Positions 1 to 9,529 are shown, counted from the stretch's first letter. The stretch: 64,000 nucleotides of DNA from Verrucomicrobiales bacterium (GCA_027490985.1 JAIXXC010000269.1:665-64664), one strand, 5' to 3'. The notes: generated by a model from the letters alone, not told the origin. Made by a program: numbers and translations.

Positions 1-223
1 TCTGGGCGCCTACGTCGAGACGGAGCGTCGTGGAATCGTCTCGGCCTACCTGCTGGCGTCCCGGGCTGGCGGCACAGAAGTGGTCTTCGAAGGTCAGGAG
101 ATCATGGTGATCACGCCGCAATCGCCCCTGGGCCGGCAATTGATCGGTCACCGTCAGGGTGACGCCGTGAAGATCGACCTGGCCGGACGCACCGAGACCC
201 ACCGCATCCAGAAGGTGAGTTGA
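1..223 (+). CDS. GreA/GreB-family transcription elongation factor, C-terminal fragment (5' end outside window)
   Basis: Frame 2 is open from the window edge to TGA at 221-223. The translation ...IMVITPQSPLGRQLIGHRQGDAVKIDLAGRTETHRIQKVS matches the pattern of the GreA/B C-terminal domain (SPxGxxLxGxxxGD ... I). Confidence 0.55.
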   Translation, partial: LGAYVETERRGIVSAYLLASRAGGTEVVFEGQEIMVITPQSPLGRQLIGHRQGDAVKIDLAGRTETHRIQKVS

Positions 224-341
224 ACCCCGGCATGGCCATGGAACGGCAATCGAATCGAATCCCCCGTCGGCGGACCCTGAGTCCGGGAACTCCAACCCCA
301 CCGGAATGGCCCATCACTTCGATCACCCCCACCCTACCCTC

Positions 342-851
342 ATGAAGCCGAGATCCGTTTCCCGAAGCACCGCCCCCGCGGTCGCCGTGACGATCCTGAT
401 CCTGCTGGTGGGCTCTGGCTGCTCCCGTGAAACGCCGCCGCCCACGGCCGAGGAGGCCGGCAAGGTGATGCGGGAAGCCGGCGAGCGCATCCAGTCCGGA
501 GCGGCCTCGGCCGCCGCCGTGGCCCGGGAAGCGGCCCGCGATGCGACGCAGTCCGCCGAAGCGCTGGCCCGACGCGCCGCCGAAGAGGCCCGGCGGGCCG
601 CTGAAGCGGCGGCCCACAGCGAAACCGCGATGCGCCTCAAGTCCGCGACGACCAACGCCCTTCAACAGGTTCGGACCCAGGCTCAGGCCGGAGCCGCGGC
701 AACCCGAATCCAGGCCGGTCAGGCCTGGAAAGAAGCGTCGGAACTGGCCTCCCAGGCCGCTGCCGCCGCCGAGGCTCAAGCCCGGAAACTGGCCGAGAAA
801 GCCCAGGATGCGGTGAAACCCGCCTCGCCCCCACCCGCACCCCGACCTTGA
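342..851 (+). CDS. Ala-rich putative lipoprotein (amphipathic-helix repeats)
   Basis: ORF 306-851. The internal ATG at 342 gives MKPRSVSRSTAPAVAVTILILLVGSGC, a signal peptide with lipobox L-V-G-S-G-C. The rest is Ala/Glu/Arg-rich. All frames are open here, so coding is not certain. Confidence 0.45.
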   Translation: MKPRSVSRSTAPAVAVTILILLVGSGCSRETPPPTAEEAGKVMREAGERIQSGAASAAAVAREAARDATQSAEALARRAAEEARRAAEAAAHSETAMRLKSATTNALQQVRTQAQAGAAATRIQAGQAWKEASELASQAAAAAEAQARKLAEKAQDAVKPASPPPAPRP

Positions 852-901
852 CGGAAACCGCCGAAGCGTGTGATGGCCGCAACGCCCCCGCCCGACTCCC
901 G

Positions 902-1885
902 ATGCCCCTTCTCGAACTCCGCAACCTGTGCATCGACTTCGGCTCCCATCGCGCCGTCGACGCGGTGTCTCTGAGCCTGGAGGCCGGCACGACCCTGTGT
1001 CTGGTCGGTGAGAGCGGCTGCGGCAAGAGCGTCACCGCCCTGAGCATCGCCCGGTTGCTGCCCACGCCGCCGGCCCGGATCCGGCGGGGAGAAATCCTGC
1101 TCGACGGCCACGACGTGCTGACGATGAGTCCCGGCCCACTGCAGCAGATCCGCGGGGGCACGGTAGGATATGTCTTTCAGGAACCCGGAGCCTCGCTCAA
1201 CCCGGTGATGCGCATCGGCGCGCAGATCCTGGAATCCCTGGCCCGGCACCGGCCCGAGGTCGCCCACGAGACTGAAGTGATCCGGCTTTTGACGACGGTG
1301 GGCATTCCCGCCCCGGAGACCCGACTCAAGGCCTATCCGCACCAACTCTCCGGCGGCATGCAACAGAGAGTCATGATCGCCATGGCGCTGGCCCCGCAAC
1401 CCCGACTGCTCATCGCCGACGAACCGACCACGGCCCTCGATGTCACCGTGCAGGCCCAGATCATCGAATTGCTGAAGGACCTGCAGCGGCGGCTCGGGAT
1501 GGCCATCCTGCTCATCACCCACAACCTGGGCCTGGTGGCCGACATCGCCGATCGGATCGGCGTGATGTACGCCGGCCAACTCGTGGAGGAAGGGCCGGCC
1601 GCAGCGGTGCTGCGGAACCCCAGACACCCCTATACCCGGGCCCTGTTGAACTCGGTCCCCGTGCCGGGCCGTTCGGGAGGACGGCTTGAAACCATCGCCG
1701 GATCCGTGCCCGGCCTCGGACAATGGCCGCCGGGTTGCCGCTTCGAACCCCGGTGTCCGGTGGCGCGGCCCGAATGCTCACGGCATCCGATCGACTGGCG
1801 GTCCGATTCCGACCCAAACCGGGGCCAAACTGCGGCCCCACACCGAGACTCCCATCGGGTGCGTTGCCCCCACACCGAGGATTGA
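902..1885 (+). CDS. ABC transporter ATP-binding protein, oligopeptide/dipeptide OppD/DppD type
   Basis: Walker A GESGCGKS, signature LSGGMQQR, Walker B LLIADEPTTALD, and the C-terminal oligopeptide-ABC extension (HPYTRALL...CRFEPRC). The track ORF starts at TTG 848; ATG 902 (MPLLELRNL) fits the family N-terminus. Confidence 0.9.
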   Translation: MPLLELRNLCIDFGSHRAVDAVSLSLEAGTTLCLVGESGCGKSVTALSIARLLPTPPARIRRGEILLDGHDVLTMSPGPLQQIRGGTVGYVFQEPGASLNPVMRIGAQILESLARHRPEVAHETEVIRLLTTVGIPAPETRLKAYPHQLSGGMQQRVMIAMALAPQPRLLIADEPTTALDVTVQAQIIELLKDLQRRLGMAILLITHNLGLVADIADRIGVMYAGQLVEEGPAAAVLRNPRHPYTRALLNSVPVPGRSGGRLETIAGSVPGLGQWPPGCRFEPRCPVARPECSRHPIDWRSDSDPNRGQTAAPHRDSHRVRCPHTED

Positions 1886-1891
1886 TCGACC

Positions 1892-2863
1892 ATGCCCACC
1901 GATCCCCTGCTCCGAGTCGAGAACCTCTGCGTCCGGTTTCCTGTCGGGCCACACGCCGGCTCGAAGACCGGAGGTGTCGTCCACGCCGTCGAAGACGTGA
2001 GTTTCACACTCGGGGCCGGCGAAACCGTGGGTCTCTTGGGTGAAAGCGGTTGCGGCAAGACGACACTGGGACGGGCCGTGGTACGCCTGGGGCCCATCAC
2101 CGCCGGGATCGTCCGATTTGGCGGCACCGACCTCTCCCGGCTCGAAGGGCGCGCCCTGCGCGAGCAGCGACGCCACTTCCAGATGATCTTCCAGGATCCC
2201 TTCAGTTCCTTGAACCCGCGCTTCACCGTCGGAGAGATCCTGGGAGAACCCCTCGACATCCACCGGCTGACTCCCGATTCGGCATCGCGGGAACAGAGGA
2301 TCACTCACCTCCTGGAATCCGTCGGGCTGGAGGCCTCGCACCGTCACCGATATCCGCATGAGTTCAGCGGCGGGCAGCGTCAGCGCATCGGCATCGCGCG
2401 AGCCTTGGCCGTGGAACCCCGGCTCCTCGTCTGCGATGAACCCGTCAGTGCGTTGGATGTCAGTGTCCAGGCCCAGGTCGTGAATCTCCTGCAGGATCTG
2501 CAGCGGCGTCATGGGCTGGCATACCTCTTCATTTCGCACGATCTGGCCGTCGTGGAACACCTGGCCCACCGCATCCTGGTGATGTACCTCGGCCGCGTCG
2601 TGGAAGAAGGGCCGGCCTCCGAACTGTGCCGAAAGCCGCTCCACCCCTACACCCAAGCCCTGGTTTCGGCGGTCCCGGTCTTGGACTCGAGCTCCCGACG
2701 CCAGCGCATCGTGCTCGCAGGTGAGCCCCCCTCGCCCATCGATCCGCCCGCCGGGTGCCCGTTCCACTCCCGATGTCCGGTCGCAGAACCCCGGTGTCGC
2801 ATCGAACGGCCCGAACTGCGGGAACCGGAGACGGGACGGCGGGTGGCCTGCCATCGGGTCTGA
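1892..2863 (+). CDS. ABC transporter ATP-binding protein, oligopeptide/dipeptide OppF/DppF type
   Basis: Walker A GESGCGKT, signature FSGGQRQR, Walker [14 protein letters not shown]-terminal HPYTQALV...CPFHSRC. It starts 7 nt after the preceding ATPase gene. Confidence 0.9.
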   Translation: MPTDPLLRVENLCVRFPVGPHAGSKTGGVVHAVEDVSFTLGAGETVGLLGESGCGKTTLGRAVVRLGPITAGIVRFGGTDLSRLEGRALREQRRHFQMIFQDPFSSLNPRFTVGEILGEPLDIHRLTPDSASREQRITHLLESVGLEASHRHRYPHEFSGGQRQRIGIARALAVEPRLLVCDEPVSALDVSVQAQVVNLLQDLQRRHGLAYLFISHDLAVVEHLAHRILVMYLGRVVEEGPASELCRKPLHPYTQALVSAVPVLDSSSRRQRIVLAGEPPSPIDPPAGCPFHSRCPVAEPRCRIERPELREPETGRRVACHRV

Positions 2864-2885
2864 CCCGCCACTGGCAACCAAAAAC

Positions 2886-2927
2886 CGGCATTCCGCCCCA
2901 ACTTGGCGGCATTCGGCCCCAAACCGG
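2886..2927 (+). repeat. Tandem ~21-nt direct repeat (2 copies plus a partial third), C-rich on the + strand
   Basis: cggcattccgccccaacttgg / cggcattcggccccaaaccgg, read directly in the 94-nt spacer between the OppF-type gene and the barrel gene. Confidence 0.8.
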
Positions 2928-2957
2928 CCGAATTCCAGAACACGGCCGTGTACGGTG

Positions 2958-4121
2958 ATGCCCATGAAATACTCTCCGTCGATGGCCCGATCCGCCACCG
3001 CCCTGGCCGCCGCCACCCTCTGTGTGAATGCCGTGCTGCAACCCCAAGCCATGGCCCAAGGCTGCGTCGCTGTGCGCGGCGGAGGCATGTGCACCATGAA
3101 CCACGCGGGCATGGGAGAGGACGCCGCTGAACACGGTCCTTGGCTGGCCTCGGTGGGCTACCGATTCTTCAAGTCCGACCGCCACTTCATCGGCGGCAAC
3201 GAGTCGCGCAACGCGGCGGGGCTGGATCGCTTCCAGCAGGGCACCGAGGTGATCAACTACTCGCAGTTCATCGACACCAGCGTGACGTACCAGTTCAACC
3301 CCCGCTGGTCGGCCTCGCTGGTCCTGCCCTGGGTGCATCACATCCGTTCGGCCCCCTACGAACACAGCGGAGTCCGCCGCGACACCAGTGCCATGGGCAT
3401 CGGCGATGTACGGGCCATCGTGGGTGCCTGGATCTGGGACCCGGCCACCAAGCCCAAGGGCAACCTGCAGGTCAGCATCGGCGGCAAGGCGCCCAGCGGT
3501 GACTTCCAGGCCGACGACATATTCTTTCAGGACCAAGACCCCACCGCCGGCGTGAACATCCAGCCGGTCCGCCGCAACGTCGACCAATCCATCCAACCTG
3601 GTGATGGCGGCTGGGGTGTGTCGTGGGAACTCAACGGCTATCGCGAGCTCACCCGTGGCTTTTTCGCTTACGCCCAGGCCTTCTACCTCTTCAACCCCCA
3701 GAACGTGAACGGCACCCTGAACCCCACCGCCCGAAGGGACGCCGGCCCGACCATCGCGGGCCGGGACATCGACAACGGCATGTCCATCACCGACCAGTAC
3801 CTGTTCCGGGCGGGTTTCTCGAAGGTGGTCAGCGAGAAGCATAACCTGTCGCTCTCGCTCGGCGGACGCATGGAGGGCATCCCGGTGGAAGACCTCAATG
3901 GCAATGCCGGCAACGAAGAAGGCTTCCGCAGGCCCGGCTACTCCATCGCCATCGAACCGGGCATCAACTGGATGCCCGGGAAATGGAATGTCGCCATCAC
4001 GGTGCCCTGGCGCCTGGAGGCCCAGCGCGAGCGCAGCTACTGGAACCTCCAGAAGGGCACCCGTGGCGATGCCGCCTTCGCGGATTATCTGGTGACCCTT
4101 TCGGTCTCGCGATGGTTCTGA
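2958..4121 (+). CDS. Outer-membrane beta-barrel protein, MetA-pathway/phenol-degradation-like transporter family (putative)
   Basis: ATG 2958 gives the signal peptide MPMKYSPSMARSATALAAATLCVNAVLQPQAMAQG. Alternating beta-strand-like sequence, motifs GIGDV ... GGKAPSGD resembling this family's GxGD / PTG signature, and a C-terminal aromatic residue (..LSVSRWF). The upstream part of track ORF 2721-4121 is an over-extension. Confidence 0.6.
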   Translation: MPMKYSPSMARSATALAAATLCVNAVLQPQAMAQGCVAVRGGGMCTMNHAGMGEDAAEHGPWLASVGYRFFKSDRHFIGGNESRNAAGLDRFQQGTEVINYSQFIDTSVTYQFNPRWSASLVLPWVHHIRSAPYEHSGVRRDTSAMGIGDVRAIVGAWIWDPATKPKGNLQVSIGGKAPSGDFQADDIFFQDQDPTAGVNIQPVRRNVDQSIQPGDGGWGVSWELNGYRELTRGFFAYAQAFYLFNPQNVNGTLNPTARRDAGPTIAGRDIDNGMSITDQYLFRAGFSKVVSEKHNLSLSLGGRMEGIPVEDLNGNAGNEEGFRRPGYSIAIEPGINWMPGKWNVAITVPWRLEAQRERSYWNLQKGTRGDAAFADYLVTLSVSRWF

Positions 4122-4152
4122 GCGAACCTTCGTTCTGAGCAGACACCGCAAG

Positions 4153-4187
4153 AGCGGGGATGCAGTTCACTGCGTCCCCGCTGTTTT
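4153..4187 (+). terminator. Rho-independent terminator after the barrel gene
   Basis: 13-bp stem AGCGGGGATGCAG / CTGCGTCCCCGCT with loop TTCA (4153-4182), followed by GTTTTG. It lies in the convergent gap before the flhA stop. Confidence 0.65.
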
Positions 4188-4208
4188 GCGTTCAGCGCGC
4201 CCGAGGGA

Positions 4209-6317
4209 TCACTCCGGAATGGCGAGCGTGCCGGCACTCTGGATGTCCACCCGACCCGGGACCTCCGAATAGCTCAACACGGTCAGGTCGCTGAAGGTGG
4301 CCTCGAAGAAGCGCCGGAAGGCGAGTCGGATGTGGGGACCGCACAGCACCACCGGGGCCTGACCCGACGCGAGCAGGCCCTGGATCATCTTCGAGAGATT
4401 CTCCACCAGATGCCGGGCCAACCGCGGCTCCAGCAGCAGGGCGATCTCGTTCTGCGATTGTCGCACCCCCTTGGCGATCTCCTGCTCCAACCGGGGATCG
4501 AGGGTGATCGCCTTGAGCACGCCCCGTTCGTCCTGATAAGGCTTCACGATCTGGGGTCCCAGAGCGCGGCGGGCATGCTCGCTGAGTTCGTCGGGATTCT
4601 TCGTGACCCCGGCGAAGTCGCTGACCTTTTCCAGGATGCTCGCGAGATTGCGGATGGAGATGCCCTCGGCGAGGAGGTTCTGCAGGATGCGCTGCACCTG
4701 TCCCACGTTGAGTTGGGCCGGAATGAGCTCGTTCACCACGGTGGGGTGGGTTGTCTTGAGATGATCCAGCAGTTGCTGGACATCCTGACGTGAGAGGATT
4801 TCGTGACTCTGATGCTTCACCACCTCGGTGAGATGGGTGATGAGCACGCTCGACGCGTCCACCACCGTGTAGCCGGCGATCTCGGCCGACTTGCGTTCGA
4901 GTTCGGTGATCCAAGTCGCGGGCAATTGGAAGACCGGCTCGGTGGTCGGAATCCCTTTGAGGCTCACCCGACTGTTCGTGGCATTCATGGCGAGCGAATA
5001 GCCCGGCATGAGGTTTCCGGTGGCCACGGGATTCCCCTTGAGCAGGAAGCGGTATTCATTGGCTCCGATCTGGAGATTGTCGCGGAGTTTGATGGGCGGG
5101 ATCAGCAAGCCCATCTCCTGGGCGAATTGACGCCGCACTCCGGTCACCCGCTCCAGCAGATCGCCGCCCTTGCGGCTGTCGGCCAATGAGACCAGGCCGA
5201 AGCCCAATTCGATGAGCATGGCGTCCACACCCAGCAGATTCTCGAGCTTGTCGGGGGCCGCCGCCCCGGCCGCTCCCGCTGCACCGGCCGCAGTCGCCTC
5301 TCCCGGCTTGGCATTCTTGGACACCGCTTTGCCGGAGGCGTCGGTCGCGGCCGCGGGCCGGTTCTTGATGTTGCGGCCGATGTACCAGGTCAACACCGCC
5401 AGGACCAGGAACGGAAACATCGGCAGACCGGGCACCAACGACAGCAACGCCAACATGCCCGAGAGGATCGACAGCGCCCGCGGGTACGAGGTGAGCTGCC
5501 GGCCGAGTTCTTCGCCGAAGTTGTTCCGGGATGCGGCCCGGGTCACCAGAAGTCCCGCCGCCATGGAGGTCACCAGCGCGGGGATCTGCGAGACCAGACC
5601 GTCACCGATGGACAGCAGCGTGTAGCGCGAGAGGGCTTCGGTGAAGCTCATGCCCCGCTGCGCCATGCCGATGGCGAATCCACCCACGACATTCACCACG
5701 GTGATGATGACCGCCGCCACGGCATCGCCGCGGACGAACTTGGAGGCACCGTCCATGGCTCCGTAGAAATCGGCCTCCTGCTCCACCTTGCGACGCCGGG
5801 CCCGCGCCTGCTGTTCGTTGATGACGCCTGCCCCCAACTCGGCATCGATGGCCATCTGCTTGCCGGGCATGGCATCGAGGGTGAACCGGGCGGCCACTTC
5901 GGCGATGCGGCCCGCGCCCTTGGTGATGACCACGAAGTTGATGACCACCAGGATCGAGAAGATGACGATGCCGACCACGTAGTTGCCACCGACGACGAAA
6001 TTGCCGAACGCCTCGATGATGTGCCCCGCATCGCCGGAGATGAGGATCAACCGGGTGGTCGCCACGTTGAGCGCCAGCCGGAACAAGGTCACGAAGAGCA
6101 GCAGCGAGGGGAACCCGGTGAACTCCGAGGGATCATCGGTGTAGAGGATCACCAGCAGGATGAGCAACGCCGAGGCGATGCTGACGGCCAGGAGCAGGTC
6201 GAGCAGCAACGGCGGCACGGGCAGGATGAGCAGCAACACGGTGCCGAACACCCCCGCCACCAACCAGAGATCCATCTGGCTCAACCGAACCAACCAACTG
6301 TCCTGTGTTTTCGTCAT
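4209..6317 (-). CDS. flhA: Flagellar biosynthesis protein FlhA (type III export gate)
   Basis: 702 aa. N-terminal polytopic domain with FVRGDAVAAVIITVVNVVGGFAIG (the conserved FlhA/InvA motif), a linker, and a C-terminal cytoplasmic domain. Confidence 0.95.
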   Translation of the reverse strand: MTKTQDSWLVRLSQMDLWLVAGVFGTVLLLILPVPPLLLDLLLAVSIASALLILLVILYTDDPSEFTGFPSLLLFVTLFRLALNVATTRLILISGDAGHIIEAFGNFVVGGNYVVGIVIFSILVVINFVVITKGAGRIAEVAARFTLDAMPGKQMAIDAELGAGVINEQQARARRRKVEQEADFYGAMDGASKFVRGDAVAAVIITVVNVVGGFAIGMAQRGMSFTEALSRYTLLSIGDGLVSQIPALVTSMAAGLLVTRAASRNNFGEELGRQLTSYPRALSILSGMLALLSLVPGLPMFPFLVLAVLTWYIGRNIKNRPAAATDASGKAVSKNAKPGEATAAGAAGAAGAAAPDKLENLLGVDAMLIELGFGLVSLADSRKGGDLLERVTGVRRQFAQEMGLLIPPIKLRDNLQIGANEYRFLLKGNPVATGNLMPGYSLAMNATNSRVSLKGIPTTEPVFQLPATWITELERKSAEIAGYTVVDASSVLITHLTEVVKHQSHEILSRQDVQQLLDHLKTTHPTVVNELIPAQLNVGQVQRILQNLLAEGISIRNLASILEKVSDFAGVTKNPDELSEHARRALGPQIVKPYQDERGVLKAITLDPRLEQEIAKGVRQSQNEIALLLEPRLARHLVENLSKMIQGLLASGQAPVVLCGPHIRLAFRRFFEATFSDLTVLSYSEVPGRVDIQSAGTLAIPE

Positions 6318-6342
6318 CGCGTCCGTTTCCGGCAGCGCGAAA

Positions 6343-6359
6343 AGCAGTTATCGGTCCAA
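6343..6359 (-). promoter_or_regulatory. Candidate sigma-54-type (-24/-12) promoter upstream of flhA; overlaps a sigma-28-like CCGATAA
   Basis: The minus strand reads TTGGACCGATAACTGCTT (GG-N10-GC spacing; consensus TGGCACG-N4-TTGCW, 3 mismatches), ending 26 nt before the flhA ATG. The same bases contain CCGATAA (7/8 of the sigma-28 -10 GCCGATAA), but no TAAA sits at the right distance. Confidence 0.3.
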
Positions 6360-6457
6360 GTCGTTTTCGAGGGGATTTCCCCGGTTTTCATGGGATTCCA
6401 ACCTCTCCCCGGGAAAACCCTGCCGGGTGGAGACGGGCTCCGGGAACAATCCGTCCC

Positions 6458-7576
6458 TCATCGCGTGGGCACCCCGGGCCTCGCCGAGGCCACCGAGGCG
6501 GTCCGGGCGTGATAGCGGAAGCGATTCACGCGGTACACATAGGCCAGAATCTCCGCCACCGCGGTGTAGAGCTGGATGGGGATGTCGGAGTCGACCTTGC
6601 CGTATTTGAAGAGCATCCGGGCCAGAGGTTTGTTCTCCATCACCGGGATCTGGAGTTTTTCGGCCATTTCACGAATGCGCAGGGCGTTGTAGTCCTTGGC
6701 CATGGCGATGATTTTCGGAGCGGCCATGGAATCGCGATCGTAGCGTAGGGCCACCGCGATGTGGGTCGGATTGGCGATCACCACGTCGGCATTGGGGACA
6801 TCCTCCAACTGGGCCTTGAACGACTTACGCCGCATCCGCCGCTTGCGCATCTCGCCCTTCACATGCGGATTGCCCTCGCTCTGCTTGCTCTCATCCTTGA
6901 CCTCCTCCTTGGTCATCATGAGGTCGCGGTGGGTCTTCCAAAGCTGGTAGGCGTAGTCGATCGCGGCCACCAGCAGCAGGGCCAGGAGCACCCGACTGCC
7001 GATGCGCATCGAGGTCTGGGAAAGGAAGGTGCCCACCCGGGTGATGTCCACCGGCGCATTGAAGATCGGGTCATCGAGCACCGACCGGACCTGATTCCAC
7101 GAGAACCAGCTCACCGCAGCCAGCTTCACCAGGTTCACCGCCGCCGGAAACAGGGCTTGGACGGAGAAGATCCGCTTGAATCCGGCCATGGGATTGAGGC
7201 GCTCCCAGTTGAAACTGATGGGATCGCTCACCATCCGGAATCGACTCTGGACCAACCCGGCCGCGATGCCGGCCACACCCGTGGCGATCACGGGCGGGGC
7301 CACGCAGCCCACCAGGGTCATGGCCGAGTCGGAGGCCTTCTCCTGGATGCTGTTGACGTCGATCGTCGTGTCGTGAAGGTGGAAGAAGACCGACTGGAAT
7401 ACCCCGGTCATGTCGTCGAGCAACTGCCCCCCGTACGACTGGAGCGCCCAGATTCCGGCCATGAGCACGAAGGCCGTCTGGATCTCCTGCGACTTGGCGA
7501 ACTGGCCCTTGCCCAGGGCCTCGGTCAGACGCCTCTCCGTCGGTTGCTCCGTCTTGTCGCCATGATCTTCAGACAT
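6458..7576 (-). CDS. flhB: Flagellar biosynthesis protein FlhB (export switch)
   Basis: 372 aa. N-terminus MSEDHGDKTEQPTERRLTEALGKGQFAKSQE, four TM segments, and the autocleavage motif NPTH (VVIANPTHIAVALRYD). Confidence 0.95.
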   Translation of the reverse strand: MSEDHGDKTEQPTERRLTEALGKGQFAKSQEIQTAFVLMAGIWALQSYGGQLLDDMTGVFQSVFFHLHDTTIDVNSIQEKASDSAMTLVGCVAPPVIATGVAGIAAGLVQSRFRMVSDPISFNWERLNPMAGFKRIFSVQALFPAAVNLVKLAAVSWFSWNQVRSVLDDPIFNAPVDITRVGTFLSQTSMRIGSRVLLALLLVAAIDYAYQLWKTHRDLMMTKEEVKDESKQSEGNPHVKGEMRKRRMRRKSFKAQLEDVPNADVVIANPTHIAVALRYDRDSMAAPKIIAMAKDYNALRIREMAEKLQIPVMENKPLARMLFKYGKVDSDIPIQLYTAVAEILAYVYRVNRFRYHARTASVASARPGVPTR

Positions 7577-7582
7577 GACGCA

Positions 7583-8365
7583 TCAGGGGTTGGGAGCGGT
7601 GTATCCGAGGATCTGCGCCACGCGCACGAAATCGTCGGGGATCCGGCGCAGGAAGTTCGCCGTGTGGTCGCCGATGAACCGCATGCTCATGGCGAAGACG
7701 AACAATCCGGAGAGCACCCGCACCGGCATGCTCTCGGAGAACACGTTCATCTGGGGAACGGCCCGTCCCAGCATCGAGAACACCCAGGTCACCAGGAACG
7801 CCACGGCCATGATGGGTGCGGCCACCTGGATGCCGGCCGACAGGATCCAGCCGGTGTGCGTGAGGACGTTGCGCATCAAATCCTCGCTGCCGTGGGCGGC
7901 CCCCATCGGAAGCACCGAATAGGTGCGGATGAAGAACGCCAGCACCCAATGATGGATGTCCAAGCCGAAGAAGGTGACCGCGCCCAGCCAATAAAGCAGG
8001 GTCGAAGTGATGGGTGCGGCCGCGTTGGACCCCGGATTCAGGATCGTGGACATGGTCAGTCCCAGATCGTTGGCGATGAGGGTTCCGGTGACATCGAGCG
8101 CGAAGAAGGTGAATCGGCACATGAATCCCAGCACGGCTCCGGCGGTGACCTCGATGAACACCACTTGCACGAGCCACCAGATCGAATCGACCCCCAGGTC
8201 GACCGGGGGCAGCAGCGGCGTGGCCAGCGTGGCCAAGAGCACCGCCAGGGCGATCTTGAGGGGGCGGGGCACCTGGTTGCCGGAGAACACGGGCATCGTG
8301 AGGATCATGCCGCTGGCCCTCACCATCACCAGCACCCAGACGGCGATGGATTGGGTCGCCGTCAT
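7583..8365 (-). CDS. fliR: Flagellar biosynthetic protein FliR
   Basis: 260-aa polytopic protein positioned between fliQ and flhB, with typical FliR hydrophobic architecture. Confidence 0.9.
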   Translation of the reverse strand: MTATQSIAVWVLVMVRASGMILTMPVFSGNQVPRPLKIALAVLLATLATPLLPPVDLGVDSIWWLVQVVFIEVTAGAVLGFMCRFTFFALDVTGTLIANDLGLTMSTILNPGSNAAAPITSTLLYWLGAVTFFGLDIHHWVLAFFIRTYSVLPMGAAHGSEDLMRNVLTHTGWILSAGIQVAAPIMAVAFLVTWVFSMLGRAVPQMNVFSESMPVRVLSGLFVFAMSMRFIGDHTANFLRRIPDDFVRVAQILGYTAPNP

Positions 8366-8368
8366 GAT

Positions 8369-8638
8369 TCAGCCCACCATCTGAGGCATGCGCTCGATCA
8401 CCGATCGGGTGAACTCGACCATGGTGCGCACCATCCAGGGCAGCATCACCACGATGAGCGAGAGCACGGCGAGAGCCTTGGGCACGAAGGAGAGGGTCTG
8501 TTCGTGGATGGAGGTCACGGCCTGGAAGACACTCACCCCCAGACCGATGGTCAGCGCGGTCATGAGGATCGGCGAAGCCAGGGCCACGGAGTTGAGGATG
8601 AGCGACTTGATGAGTTCGACGGCGGTTTCGGGATTCAT
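8369..8638 (-). CDS. fliQ: Flagellar biosynthetic protein FliQ
   Basis: 89 aa with two TM helices. The sequence ...LGVSVFQAVTSIHEQTLSFVPK matches the FliQ/SpaQ core. Confidence 0.9.
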   Translation of the reverse strand: MNPETAVELIKSLILNSVALASPILMTALTIGLGVSVFQAVTSIHEQTLSFVPKALAVLSLIVVMLPWMVRTMVEFTRSVIERMPQMVG

Positions 8639-8677
8639 GGGCTGTAGCAGGGGACGTCAACAGATTCAGGACCGGGG

Positions 8678-9529
8678 TCAGATGCCGAAGCTCATGAGCA
8701 GCGAGCGCACGATGAGCGACCATCCGTCCACGAGGACGAACAGCAGGATCTTCAGCGGAAGGGCGATGGTGGCCGGTGGCATCATCATCATGCCCATGCT
8801 CATGAGCACGGTGGCGACGACGATGTCGATCAGGATGAAAGGCACGAAGATGAGGAAGCCCATCTGGAAGGCCGTCCGGAGCTCGCTGATGATGAAGGCC
8901 GGGATGACGACCCGCAACGGCATGGCTTCGGGCGTGGTGGGCGGGATCTTCGACAACTCCACGAACAACTCGACATCCTTGGGTCGGGTCTGTCGCAGCA
9001 TGAACGACCGGATGGGCTTGGAGGCCGCCTCCAGCGCCTGGGCCGAGGTGATCTTCTTCTCCATGTAGGGCTGGAGCGCGGTCGTCTGGACCTTGGACCA
9101 GACCGGCTCCATCACGAAGTAGGTGAGGAACAGCGACAACCCGATGATCACCTGGTTGGCCGGCGCTCCCTGGAGCGTGAGGGCATTCCGCACGAACGAC
9201 AGCACGATGACGATGCGACTGAAGCAGGTCATCAGGAGCACGATGGACGGGGCCATCGACAGCAGGGTGATGGCGAAGAGCACCTGGATGGCGACATCCA
9301 CGTCCTTGGGCTGGCCGATGCCATCCATGCCGATGTTCAAGGTGAGCGGAGGCAGGGCTCCCGCGGTCGAACCGGTCGCGGCCGGAGCAACCGGGGCCTG
9401 GGCCACCGCTCGCAGAGGCATGAGCCATGGCATCAGCACCACGGCGGTCCACAGCAGGAATCGCAGGATCCCCAACCCGATCGCCCGTCGTCCACCGACG
9501 AGCGTGCATGCCTCGATCCGGTGATTCAT
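8678..9529 (-). CDS. fliP: Flagellar biosynthetic protein FliP
   Basis: Conserved MTCFSRIVIVLSFVRNALTLQGAPANQVIIGLSLFLTYFVMEPV. The start is trimmed to ATG 9529 (MNHRIEA..., signal-like segment), which forms an ATGA overlap with the fliO stop. Track ORF 8678-9823 is over-extended. Confidence 0.9.
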   Translation of the reverse strand: MNHRIEACTLVGGRRAIGLGILRFLLWTAVVLMPWLMPLRAVAQAPVAPAATGSTAGALPPLTLNIGMDGIGQPKDVDVAIQVLFAITLLSMAPSIVLLMTCFSRIVIVLSFVRNALTLQGAPANQVIIGLSLFLTYFVMEPVWSKVQTTALQPYMEKKITSAQALEAASKPIRSFMLRQTRPKDVELFVELSKIPPTTPEAMPLRVVIPAFIISELRTAFQMGFLIFVPFILIDIVVATVLMSMGMMMMPPATIALPLKILLFVLVDGWSLIVRSLLMSFGI

